Positions 1-8,699 of a stretch of 64,000 bases of DNA are shown piece after piece. Position 1 is the stretch's first letter. Every line of letters starts with the position of its first letter. Source of the DNA: Anaerolineae bacterium (GTDB lineage Bacteria; Chloroflexota; Anaerolineae; CAZYHC01); NCBI GenBank assembly GCA_034417895.1, contig DAOULT010000051.1, positions 4,996 through 68,995 of the forward strand, given 5' to 3'. The position numbers and the translations under genes are program-made. The notes beneath the pieces were generated by a model. It was not told where the DNA came from, did not search any database, and was given only the letters and a program-made list of their open reading frames with translations.

Positions 1-768
1 CGTGCGCTGATAGGAAGCCACCACCAGGATATGGCGCTCGTCGGCCGCGTCCGCCGCCGAATGGTGAATGTAGTAGCCAAACAGCACTTTAAGTACTTCC
101 CCTTTGTCTTTCACCAGCGGCTCCACCTGCTCCATGAGTTGGGCGAAGCTTTCTACCTCTCGCCTGTAAATTCGCGATTTGCTCTCGCACAGCACGATCA
201 CTTTTTGCCCATCTCTCTCACCTTCGCCGTAGAGGTTGATTTCCACCTCCCGGCCCTCTACCCAGAAGTAATTCAGCCACAGTTCCTCGCCAGGAGGGCC
301 GAACAGTTTGATCCCATAGCGGTTTTGCAGGAAGGCAGGCAGCATGGTCTTAGCCACGTCCTCCAGGCCGTAGCCGACGGTATCGCTCAGCGCCCCCACC
401 TGCTTTTGCAGTTGGGCTTGAGCTTCCACCAGCCTATCCACAGCCGCTTCCAGACGCTCAAGTTTTTCCTCGGTGCGGGCCTGGGCCTGGGCCAATTTTT
501 CCACAATTTCTTCCAGCCGTCCAACCCGCTCGTCGGTGCGGACCTGGGCCTGGGCCAGTTCCTTCACACTGGCATCGGTGCGAGCCTGGGCCTGGACCAG
601 TTCCTTCACACTGGCATCGGTGCGAGCCTGGGCCTGGACCAGCTCCATTACCACGCTTTTCAGTTCGTCAAAATCCTGACGGGTCACTTTTATCTCTTTG
701 ACCCGTTCGTCTACAACGGCCACCACAGCCCGGTACATTTCGGCTGTCAATCCTTTCGTCTCTTCCAT
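1..768 (-). CDS. Partial (C-terminus off window) DUF3782-like protein. It has an N-terminal coiled coil made of degenerate 14-aa repeats (ELVQAQARTDASVK x2 perfect, plus variants) and a C-terminal nuclease-like/PD-(D/E)XK-like domain.
   Basis: Manual reverse-strand translation from ATG at 768..766 gives MEETKGLTAEMYRAVVAVVDERVKEIKVTRQDFDELKSVVMELVQAQARTDASVKELVQAQARTDASVK...GIKLFGPPGEELWLNYFWVEGREVEINLYGEGERDGQKVIVLCESKSRIYRREVESF... with no stop before the window edge. A Shine-Dalgarno-like aggtga sits 8 nt upstream. The ORF track omitted it because it is edge-truncated. The plus-strand ORF 31..879 is its antisense shadow. Confidence 0.55.
   Translation of the reverse strand, partial: MEETKGLTAEMYRAVVAVVDERVKEIKVTRQDFDELKSVVMELVQAQARTDASVKELVQAQARTDASVKELAQAQVRTDERVGRLEEIVEKLAQAQARTEEKLERLEAAVDRLVEAQAQLQKQVGALSDTVGYGLEDVAKTMLPAFLQNRYGIKLFGPPGEELWLNYFWVEGREVEINLYGEGERDGQKVIVLCESKSRIYRREVESFAQLMEQVEPLVKDKGEVLKVLFGYYIHHSAADAADERHILVVASYQRT
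598..639 (-). repeat. Perfect 42-bp in-frame tandem duplication (unit 556..597 repeated at 598..639), with two more degenerate copies at ~472..555. It encodes coiled-coil heptad-like repeats.
   Basis: Direct reading: cagttccttcacactggcatcggtgcgagcctgggcctggac appears twice in tandem. Confidence 0.8.
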
Positions 769-820
769 GTGTCTCACCTACTCTTTCAAATAGTGACTTG
801 CTCCTTGACGCAAACCTCGG

Positions 821-2056
821 TTACTCAAAAATCTGGCTATTCCTCCGCTCTCGAGCTACGATCTTACCCTTGTGTATGACGTACAGACGTTCTGGCTGGA
901 GGCGGATGGCCTCCCAGGGGGTCTCACAGTTGATGATCACGATCTCCGCATCGCCGCCCTCGCGGAGGTGGTGATTCTCCAGGCCCAGGACGCGCGGGGC
1001 GTTGACGGTGGGCATGTCAAACACGGCCTCGATCTCGTGGGGCAGGCTCAGGTGAGCGGCGTGGGCGCTGACCAGGGCCACCTCCAGCAGATCGGCCTTG
1101 CCGAAAGGATAGAAGGTGTCCTTGATGCAGTCCTGGCCGAAAGCCACGTTCACCCCGGCTTCCATCAGTTCTTTGACCCTGGTGATGCCCCGTCTTTTGG
1201 GCTGTTTGTCCAGACGGCCCTGAAGCATGAGGTTGGTGACCGGATTGGTGATCATGTGCATCCTGGCCTGCCTGACCAGACCGATGACCTTATCGGCGTA
1301 GGCATCGTCGTAAGCGGCCATGGCGCAGGTATGGCAGGCCGTCACTCGACCGTGCCATCCCTCCTTGATAGTTTTGGCGGCCAAGTATTGCAGGGTGCGG
1401 GCCGCCGGGTCGTCAGTTTCATCGACGTGCATGTCGATATCGGCGTCGTATTCCTTAGCGATCTCAAAAGCAATGTCGATGTGGCGGATAGAATCGGTCT
1501 CGATCATCTCGTTGTAAGGCATCCCGCCCACCACGTCAGCGCCCATCTCCATCGCTTTCCACATCAGTTCCTCGGCGCCCGCATCCTGGATAATGCCCTC
1601 TTGCGGGAAAGCTACGATCTGTAGATCCACCAGGTGTCCGTAACGTGTCCGCGTCTCCAGCAAGCCTTCCAGGGGGGTCAGGCCGCCGATGGTGTCCACA
1701 TCGACGTGGGTTCTTATGGCCGTCGTGCCGTAGCGCACGGCTTCTTTGATCACCCGGCCGGCCCGCTCCACGATCTCTTCTACGGTATATTCTCGTTTGC
1801 GTTCCCAGATGATCTCGATAGCCTCTCTCAGAGAGCCAGACACGTTAGGGCGCACCGTTTCCACGATCAGGGTCTTATCAAGGTGGATGTGGGGGTCTAC
1901 AAAAGAGGGAGTGGTCAGCTTCCCGGCGGCGTCAATTTCTTTCGTTCCCTTTTCCTCAATATGATCTCGCACGACGACGATACGGTCGCCTTCGATCCCA
2001 ATGTCTTGAAGAGTCTCCTCTCCTCTCAGACGTGCCTGTCTGATCACCAGGTCCAT
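821..2056 (-). CDS. codA: Cytosine deaminase (amidohydrolase superfamily).
   Basis: Strong motif-level match to E. coli CodA: SFVDPHIHLDKT, RTHVDVD, LQIVAFPQEGI, HVDETDD, KRRGITRVKELMEAGVNVAFGQD. 411 aa. Confidence 0.85.
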   Translation of the reverse strand: MDLVIRQARLRGEETLQDIGIEGDRIVVVRDHIEEKGTKEIDAAGKLTTPSFVDPHIHLDKTLIVETVRPNVSGSLREAIEIIWERKREYTVEEIVERAGRVIKEAVRYGTTAIRTHVDVDTIGGLTPLEGLLETRTRYGHLVDLQIVAFPQEGIIQDAGAEELMWKAMEMGADVVGGMPYNEMIETDSIRHIDIAFEIAKEYDADIDMHVDETDDPAARTLQYLAAKTIKEGWHGRVTACHTCAMAAYDDAYADKVIGLVRQARMHMITNPVTNLMLQGRLDKQPKRRGITRVKELMEAGVNVAFGQDCIKDTFYPFGKADLLEVALVSAHAAHLSLPHEIEAVFDMPTVNAPRVLGLENHHLREGGDAEIVIINCETPWEAIRLQPERLYVIHKGKIVARERRNSQIFE

Positions 2057-2294
2057 ACTTTATTTACCTCCCCGTGATTGTTGGAACGTTTAAGGAACGG
2101 AATTTCGCGTCTGTAATGCTATCATAGTCCACATATTTTGTCAAGAATTTTTTGCCGCTGTCCACCATTGTTGCCCTATCCCGTCAATAGTAGTCGGAAA
2201 GTGCTGCTGGTTTTTGGGGGCAATTTGGCTCATCGAGGTCGCTCTGATAGGGTCTTGCCGCAGTCTGGACAGCGGCGAGGATCGTCAGGGTTGA

Positions 2295-2341
2295 GGGTCT
2301 GTCCCAAATTTTGGAGAGGCGAGGTTTTGGGGTAAAATGGG
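2295..2341 (+). promoter_or_regulatory. Copy 1 of a conserved 46-nt element: GGGTCTGTCCCAAATTTTGGAGAGGCGAGGTTTTGGGGTAAAATGGG. It contains a -10-like TAAAAT and a TTGGAG 17 nt upstream.
   Basis: About 42/46 identity to 21146..21190. Same orientation. Both copies sit in intergenic regions. Confidence 0.4.
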
Positions 2342-2347
2342 AGGCTC

Positions 2348-2578
2348 ATGTTTGGGGATGAGCGGGAAATCCGCCGCGGGCGAGCCAAACATGGCACTAC
2401 TCACTTTCACTGTTACGCTACCGTCTACGTCATTGTGAAGAACAAGCGCTACACGCTGGCCTTGATCTATGTCTGGGGTGACGAGCGGGTGGTGGAGGTA
2501 CTCAAAAAGCTGCTGGCTCGACTCAAGAAAGCAGAAGATTTCGAGTACGATTTAAGAGATATTCAAATCCCCAGGTAA
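2348..2578 (+). CDS. Hypothetical small protein (76 aa). It lies immediately downstream of a duplicated 46-nt promoter-like element.
   Basis: ORF only. No recognisable family. Coding status uncertain. Confidence 0.25.
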   Translation: MFGDEREIRRGRAKHGTTHFHCYATVYVIVKNKRYTLALIYVWGDERVVEVLKKLLARLKKAEDFEYDLRDIQIPR

Positions 2579-3273
2579 GTTTTACGCACATGCTCGTCTC
2601 GAGCTACGCGGTGCGACTCACCCTCCAGGGCAATGCGTCCATCGCCCATCACGTAGGCATAGTCGCTGACAGCCAGCGCCAGGTGAACGTTCTGCTCCAC
2701 TAACAGTATGGTCAGGCCCTCTTCTTTCAAGCGCTTCAAGACCTCGAACAGTTCCATCACCAACAGGGGGGCCAGCCCTAGCGAAGGTTCGTCGAACATC
2801 AAGACCTCGGGCTGGGCCATCAGGCCACGCGCCAGAGCTAACATTTGTTGCTCGCCGCCGGAGAGCGTGCCTGCCTTCTGGGCGCTGCGCTCTTCCAGGC
2901 GCGGGAACATCTTGTAAACCCAGATCAGGTTGCGCTGAAAACCGGCTTTGGCGCGGGCCGTGAAAGCTCCCATCTCCAGGTTTTCGTAGACGGTCATATC
3001 GGTGAACAACTGCCGGCCTTCTGGCACCAACACCAGCCCCTGGGCGGCCTTGGTGTGAGTCGCAAGTCGAGTTAAGTCACGGCTGTTGAAGTTGATCGTG
3101 CCGCGCCAGGGTTTAACCAGGCCCATTACGGTGCGCAGCAGGGTGGTCTTGCCCACCCCGTTGGAGCCGACCAGGGTAGTCAGCTTCCCTTTTTCCAACT
3201 CCAGCGAGACGTCCCACAGGATTTGCACTTCGCCGTAGCCGGAAGATAGCTCGCGAATTTCCAGTAAAGCCAT
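2563..3273 (-). CDS. livF: Branched-chain amino acid (Liv/HAAT family) ABC transporter ATP-binding protein, LivF-like.
   Basis: Walker A GSNGVGKTT, ABC signature LSGGEQQML, Walker B LMFDEPSLGL. LivF-type layout. Confidence 0.85.
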   Translation of the reverse strand: MALLEIRELSSGYGEVQILWDVSLELEKGKLTTLVGSNGVGKTTLLRTVMGLVKPWRGTINFNSRDLTRLATHTKAAQGLVLVPEGRQLFTDMTVYENLEMGAFTARAKAGFQRNLIWVYKMFPRLEERSAQKAGTLSGGEQQMLALARGLMAQPEVLMFDEPSLGLAPLLVMELFEVLKRLKEEGLTILLVEQNVHLALAVSDYAYVMGDGRIALEGESHRVARDEHVRKTYLGI

Positions 3274-3290
3274 TGTCCTTTCTCCCGCTC

Positions 3291-4043
3291 TTATGATGCC
3301 ATCAGGCTCTCGGCCAGTTTGGGATCGCCCAGGTAGGCTTCGATCACGCGCCGATCAGCCGTCACTTCCTGTGGAGTGCCTTCAGAGATCTGTTCTCCAT
3401 AGTCTAACACAATCACCCGCTCCGAGACGTTCATCAAGGCGTGCATCACGTGTTCGATGATCAGGATAGTCACGTCCTGGTCGCGGATGTGGCGCATCAC
3501 CTGCACCATCTCGCTGATCTCAGCGGGGTTCAACCCGGCCAGAACTTCGTCCAGCAGAAGCAGGCGGGGCCGGGCCGCCAGGGCGCGGGCCAGTTCCAGC
3601 CGTTTCTTCTGGGCCAGGTTGAGGCTGGCAGCCAGCTCGTCGGCCCGGTCGGTCAGGCCGACGAAGGCCAGCACCTCAGCGGCGATCTGGTGTGCCTGGC
3701 CCAGGTTGCGGCTCTCGTGTCCAAAGCAGGCGCCCACCATCACGTTTTCCCGCACCGACAGTTCGTTGAGCGGGCGCACGATCTGGTGGGTGCGGGCCAG
3801 ACCCGCCCGCGCCACGTCGTAAGGTTGCCAGGCGGTGATGTCCTGGCCCTGAAAGAACACCCGGCCCTTTTCGGGAGGGTATACCCCATTGATCACGTTG
3901 AACAGCGTGGTCTTGCCCGCGCCGTTGGGGCCGATCAGCCCCAGAATCTGGCCTTCTGGCAAGTCGAAAGTGATGTCCATCAAAGCTTGCAGGCCGCCGA
4001 ATCGCTTGGAGACCCCTTTCACTTGAAGGATATTATGAGTCAT
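3291..4043 (-). CDS. livG: HAAT-family ABC transporter ATP-binding protein, LivG-like.
   Basis: [22 protein letters not shown], LivG-type C-terminal extension. Overlaps livM by 4 nt. Confidence 0.85.
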   Translation of the reverse strand: MTHNILQVKGVSKRFGGLQALMDITFDLPEGQILGLIGPNGAGKTTLFNVINGVYPPEKGRVFFQGQDITAWQPYDVARAGLARTHQIVRPLNELSVRENVMVGACFGHESRNLGQAHQIAAEVLAFVGLTDRADELAASLNLAQKKRLELARALAARPRLLLLDEVLAGLNPAEISEMVQVMRHIRDQDVTILIIEHVMHALMNVSERVIVLDYGEQISEGTPQEVTADRRVIEAYLGDPKLAESLMAS

Positions 4044-5008
4044 TCTAACACCCCCCTCAGGCGCGGGAAACGGGTGCGCAGCCAGCCAACCACTCCCACC
4101 GGAACGAACAGAACGATGATCAGCAACAACAGGCCGGCGAGGGCCAGGTGCAGGTTCTTGAACAACGGGCTGGTCAACAGAAAACCGCGCAACCGCTCAT
4201 AAGTGGCCGCCCCCACAACCGGTCCCAGCACCAACCCCTGGCCGCCCAACATCACCATCACAATGGTCTCAATGGACATGTGAAGACGGAAGGCATCGCC
4301 TGGCTCGATATTGCCATTCTTGAAAAAGAATAAAACGCCCACGATGCCAGGGACGAAGGCCGAAAGCATAAAAGCCCAGGTCTTGGCGGCCGGGGCGCGC
4401 ACGCCCATGACCATGGCCGCGTCCTCGTCTTCACGGATGGCTATCAGGCCCAGCCCGAAGCGCGAGTACTTGATCACGTAGCTGGCGATCAGCGCCAGCA
4501 GGGTCACGGCGAACAACGCTCCATAAGTCAGCCACAGGGCGTGGGCCGCGCCGCCGTAGGCTTTGTAAGCTGCAAAATTGAGCCACATGCCGGTCGGCCC
4601 GCCGAAAGGCTGGAAGTTGTTGATGAAGGCCCGCATGGCTTCGTTGATGCCGATAGTAGCCAGGGCGAAGTACGCCCCGCGTAAGCGCAGGATAGCCAAC
4701 CCCAGCAGTCCGGCCAGCAGCGAGGAGGCCAGCCCTCCGACCAGCGCCGCCGGCCACAGCGACCATCCCTGCTGGCTTATCAGGTAAAAGCCCACGTAGC
4801 CGCCCAGGCCAAAAAACACGATGTGGCCGAAACTCACGTAGCCGGTGTAGCCCAGCAGGATATTGAGGCTGGATGCCAGGGCCACGAACATCAACAGCAG
4901 AAACATGTTCTCGCGCATGGTGGCGGAGCCTGTGACGAACGCCGACAGGCCACCCGCTGCTACCAGGCCGAGTGTCAACCAGAATGCAGGGTATCGCCAG
5001 GCGTTCAT
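4040..5008 (-). CDS. livM: HAAT-family ABC transporter permease, LivM-like.
   Basis: Polytopic membrane protein, typical LivM-family sequence. Adjacent to livH. Confidence 0.8.
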   Translation of the reverse strand: MNAWRYPAFWLTLGLVAAGGLSAFVTGSATMRENMFLLLMFVALASSLNILLGYTGYVSFGHIVFFGLGGYVGFYLISQQGWSLWPAALVGGLASSLLAGLLGLAILRLRGAYFALATIGINEAMRAFINNFQPFGGPTGMWLNFAAYKAYGGAAHALWLTYGALFAVTLLALIASYVIKYSRFGLGLIAIREDEDAAMVMGVRAPAAKTWAFMLSAFVPGIVGVLFFFKNGNIEPGDAFRLHMSIETIVMVMLGGQGLVLGPVVGAATYERLRGFLLTSPLFKNLHLALAGLLLLIIVLFVPVGVVGWLRTRFPRLRGVLE

Positions 5009-5009
5009 T

Positions 5010-5867
5010 TTATCGCTCTCCCAACAGACCGCTCGGACGCACCAGCAGGATCAGCACGAACAGAACAAACTCGAACACCGGCACCCAGGTAACCGGCAGG
5101 AAGACCGGGATCAGTCCTTCCAGCAAGCCCAGCACCAGCCCGCCGATCAACGCCCCGGTGGGATTGCCCAACCCGCCCAACACGCAGATGACGAAGCTCT
5201 TCAGTTCGTAGCTGCCGCCGGCCAGAATGGTGAAGGGGAAAAAGGTAGCGATAAGCCCTCCAGCCGAAGCGGCCAGCATCGTGCCCAGGCCGAAGCTCAG
5301 GGCCAGGATCTGCGCCGAGGGGATGCCCATCAGCTCGGCTGCGGCCCGGTTATTGGCCACGGCCCGAATAGCTTTGCCTGGCGCGGTGCGGTAGAGGAAC
5401 AGATATAGCCCGCCCGCCGCGCCCACGGCGATCAGAGCCGCTAACAGGCGCGTGCCCAACAGCGTCACCGGGCCCAGTTGCAAGCGTCCCAACGAAAAGT
5501 CCACGTTGCGCGGCGTGGTGGTGAACACCGCCGTGCCCACGCCGATGATCATCATGTTTACAGAGAAGGTAGCCAACAGCGTTGAAAGGTGAGGCCCGCC
5601 CAGGACGCGATGGACAGCGGCGCCATATATCAGGAAGCCGAACAACAGCCCTAACACCGCCACCGGCAGCAAGGTCAGGTAGGGGTTCAATCCCAGGCCG
5701 GTGGAGAGCAGGAACACTCCAAACATGCCCAGGGCGATAATCGGCCCATGCGCCAGGTTGATGACCTCCATCACGCCCCAGATCAGCGACAGGCCCATGG
5801 CTGCCAGGCCATACACGAAGCCGATCAACAGACCATCGGCCAGGGAAGCCAGGAGAAGATCAAACAT
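5010..5867 (-). CDS. livH: HAAT-family ABC transporter permease, LivH-like.
   Basis: Polytopic. LivH-like N-terminus MFDLLLASLADGLLIGFVYGLAAMGLSLIWGVMEVINLAHG. Confidence 0.8.
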   Translation of the reverse strand: MFDLLLASLADGLLIGFVYGLAAMGLSLIWGVMEVINLAHGPIIALGMFGVFLLSTGLGLNPYLTLLPVAVLGLLFGFLIYGAAVHRVLGGPHLSTLLATFSVNMMIIGVGTAVFTTTPRNVDFSLGRLQLGPVTLLGTRLLAALIAVGAAGGLYLFLYRTAPGKAIRAVANNRAAAELMGIPSAQILALSFGLGTMLAASAGGLIATFFPFTILAGGSYELKSFVICVLGGLGNPTGALIGGLVLGLLEGLIPVFLPVTWVPVFEFVLFVLILLVRPSGLLGER

Positions 5868-5979
5868 ACAACCTCCTTGTATCAGGTGTCAGGTCGCTCT
5901 CACAGATACGAGGCGCCCCCTAAACTACCCTCCCGCAGGTTTCAAACCCTGCGGGAGGGTGTATCAATTCAAGAAGGTG

Positions 5980-7248
5980 CTAGCGGGGCAGCGGGTAAAG
6001 CGCGTCGGCCGACTTGCCTTCCAGGGGCCAGACCACCTGTTTGACCAGGTTGCCTTCCTCATCCTCCTGCCACTGGATGTAGACCATATCGTGGCCGAGT
6101 TGCAGCCCGTGCGCCTCTTCTGTGGTATCGAACTTGACGTGGCCGTAGAAGGTCAGCAAGTCCACGTTGTCCAGCGCCTCTTTGACCTTTTCCAGCTCTA
6201 CGGAGTCGGCCTCCTCGATGGCCTTCTGGAGGATCAGGCCGGCTGCGTATCCACCGGCGGCGTGATAGCCGAGATATTCGTCACCGAATTCGGCTGTGAA
6301 ATCCGATGCGAAGTCGTCCATACTCAGCCCGTACCACTCCAGGCCAGCCGCCTCAGCCGATTCGGCTGTGTACTGGGCCAGCGGCTCCCACTGGCTCGGC
6401 CCCACCACGCCCAGCGCCGCCTCGCCCAGCTCGGCGAAGGTCGGCTCGGGTGGAGCGACCAGGATAGCGATGAACTTGACCGCCACCTCCTTTTCGTACA
6501 GTTGCCTGGCGAAGGTGCTACCGTCCTGGAAGTGTCCGCCGCCCATGAGCGCATCGGGTTCAGCGGCGCTGATTTTATTTATGAAGGGGCCGAACTCGGT
6601 CGTGCCAGAATCGTAACCTTCGAAGAGCACGATTTCGTAGCCCAGGCTTTCGCCGTATTCTTTGGCCGCGTTCGCCACGTCGGTGGAGAACTTGTCGTTT
6701 TCGTGGACGATAGCCACTTTCTTGGCTTCGGGATCCAGCTCACCTAACAGGTCGAAGGCCCCGGTCAGATAACGGCTGGCGGGTGTGTAGAGCTGGAAGA
6801 CCAGTTGATAGCCCTTCTGGTAGGTGGCGTCGGAAGCAGCTCCGGTGGTGATCATGATCTTGCCGTTCTGCTCTGCGATCACGGCCGCGGCGTCGGTCAG
6901 GCCGCTGCTGTAGGGGCTGATCAGGAAATCGGCCTTGTCGTCGGTGATCAGCCTGGTGTAGAGTTGCTGAACGCGCTCCTTGCTGCTCTCGTCGTCGTAG
7001 AACCTGGTGTCGAAGGTGATCACCGTGCCGTCGCTGAGCGCGATCCCGCCGGCCTCCTCCAGGTGCTTCAACCACAGTTGGATGCCCTGGATTTGGGCGG
7101 TGGATTCTTTGTTGAGTTTGCCTGTCTGCGAAGTGGTGAAACCCAGGATCAACGTCGTGGGTTCGGCCGCCGGCGCTTTGGTGGGTGTGGCTGCAACCAG
7201 CACCAGGACGAGCAAACTCGCCAATACCAAACAAATGTAGCGTTTCAT
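5980..7248 (-). CDS. ABC transporter substrate-binding protein, LivK/amide-binding family (periplasmic binding protein type I). Lipoprotein-like signal peptide.
   Basis: Signal peptide, then LILGFTTSQTGKLNKESTAQIQGIQLW, typical of Leu/Ile/Val-binding family. First gene of the liv-like operon. Confidence 0.8.
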   Translation of the reverse strand: MKRYICLVLASLLVLVLVAATPTKAPAAEPTTLILGFTTSQTGKLNKESTAQIQGIQLWLKHLEEAGGIALSDGTVITFDTRFYDDESSKERVQQLYTRLITDDKADFLISPYSSGLTDAAAVIAEQNGKIMITTGAASDATYQKGYQLVFQLYTPASRYLTGAFDLLGELDPEAKKVAIVHENDKFSTDVANAAKEYGESLGYEIVLFEGYDSGTTEFGPFINKISAAEPDALMGGGHFQDGSTFARQLYEKEVAVKFIAILVAPPEPTFAELGEAALGVVGPSQWEPLAQYTAESAEAAGLEWYGLSMDDFASDFTAEFGDEYLGYHAAGGYAAGLILQKAIEEADSVELEKVKEALDNVDLLTFYGHVKFDTTEEAHGLQLGHDMVYIQWQEDEEGNLVKQVVWPLEGKSADALYPLPR

Positions 7249-7344
7249 TATCCTTTCCCTCCTTTTTTATTTTATTGAAGATGCGCAAACATTTGATGCG
7301 CACCCCAATTACACGAATAATATAAACGATTGAGTCGAAGCAAA

Positions 7345-7404
7345 CGGGACATAAACAAACGGGCAGGCCGCGTGAAAAAAGCATGAACAACTGCCAGCCT
7401 GCCG
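7345..7404 (-). terminator. Putative Rho-independent terminator or leader attenuator on the minus strand. 8-bp stem cggcaggc/gcctgccg (7361..7404), followed on the minus strand by UUUGUUUAUG.
   Basis: Hairpin plus U-tract read directly. Lies between the sugar ABC operon end (7854) and the livK-like start (7248). Confidence 0.35.
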
Positions 7405-7853
7405 CACCAGCTCTTATTTCCGTTGGGCCGGCTCGGCTTCGGCGGTCAGGGAGTGCGCCCTGGCGATGCGATACGTCGGGGCGACAGTCTTGCGGGGTGA
7501 TGGGACGCTCAGGGGACAGGCTGAACATGGGCAACAGGTAACCCCACAATCGGATTCGGTTCTGGGGGTTGTAGGAGATGAGCGCATTATAGGTGCATGG
7601 TGCTGCCCGGCATCAGTTTTTCCCCTATTCAGCAGGCTAAACAGTTTAACTGGAATTCAACACCAAGTCTTCCTCTCTGAAGAGTATATTTTCCACCATT
7701 ATACTACAACTATCCCTTATTTGCAAGTGCCTCCAGTTTAGCTTTACATAACAATAGAGTATCTTTGCCTGGGGAAATCAGGGCCGGGCATCCAGGAAGA
7801 AAAGGCGAAGCTGATGGCCCTCCGAGATTCGGTCACAGGGGGGAAAGGGGGTC

Positions 7854-8699
7854 TTATTCTCCTTTAACAGCGCCTGCCGTCAGACCTTCCACCAGCCGGT
7901 TTTGTACGAAATAGAAAAGGACGATGGTGGGGACGATGGTTAAGACAGTAGCCGCCGCTACCTGGCCCCAGCGAATGAGAAGCGCCGAGGAAAGCCTTTG
8001 GATAACTAAGGTAACTGTGGCGGTCCGCTGGCTCTGGCTGATAATGGAAACGATCAAGTAATCTCCCCAGGAGACAACGAACGAAAAGAAGGCCGCCACC
8101 ATAACGCCCGGCGCAGCAATGGGCAAGACGACGTATAATAGACGCTCGGCAATGTTGCATCCGTCGATTCTGGCGGAATCGTCGATATCCCTGGGAATAT
8201 TATCGAAATACCCCGTCAACATCCAGATTTGGAAAGGCAGCACCAGGATAATTTGCCCCAGGACGACGCCAATGACTTTATCGAGCAAGGACAGGGAAAA
8301 GATGATTAAATACATGGGAATGATGAGCAACACCTGGGGGAACATTTGGGTGGAAAATATGCCTATGATCAGGGCATTTTTTCCCTTTATGTCGAACCGG
8401 CTTAAACCATAGGCTCCCATAATAGAGCAAAAAAGCGAAAGCAGGGTGACGACAAAGGCGATCTCAAAGGAATTCACAAAATACGTGGGAAAATCCGTCA
8501 CGGAAAGGATGGTGGCGTAATTCTCCAGGGTAAATTCGTTCAGGGGAGGAATGACCTGGCCGGTAAAGATGGAGGCCTGGGTGCGAAAGGAAGTGTAGAT
8601 GATCCACAGCATGGGCAGAATAAAAAAGAGGAGGGCGATAATGACCACCAAGTAGGCCAGTAGTGCTGTTCCTATTTTTCTTCTAGCTTTACTTGTCAT
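7854..8699 (-). CDS. Carbohydrate ABC transporter permease (MalG/UgpE-like).
   Basis: EAA-loop region IDDSARIDGCNIAERLLYVVLPIAAP. 6-TM pattern. Confidence 0.85.
   Translation of the reverse strand: MTSKARRKIGTALLAYLVVIIALLFFILPMLWIIYTSFRTQASIFTGQVIPPLNEFTLENYATILSVTDFPTYFVNSFEIAFVVTLLSLFCSIMGAYGLSRFDIKGKNALIIGIFSTQMFPQVLLIIPMYLIIFSLSLLDKVIGVVLGQIILVLPFQIWMLTGYFDNIPRDIDDSARIDGCNIAERLLYVVLPIAAPGVMVAAFFSFVVSWGDYLIVSIISQSQRTATVTLVIQRLSSALLIRWGQVAAATVLTIVPTIVLFYFVQNRLVEGLTAGAVKGE

Noticed and set aside
31-879. 282-aa plus-strand ORF with LGLGQF/LHTGIGASLGLDQF repeats.
   Set aside because: It is the antisense shadow of the real minus-strand DUF3782-like gene. Its low-complexity repeats mirror the coiled-coil repeats on the other strand.
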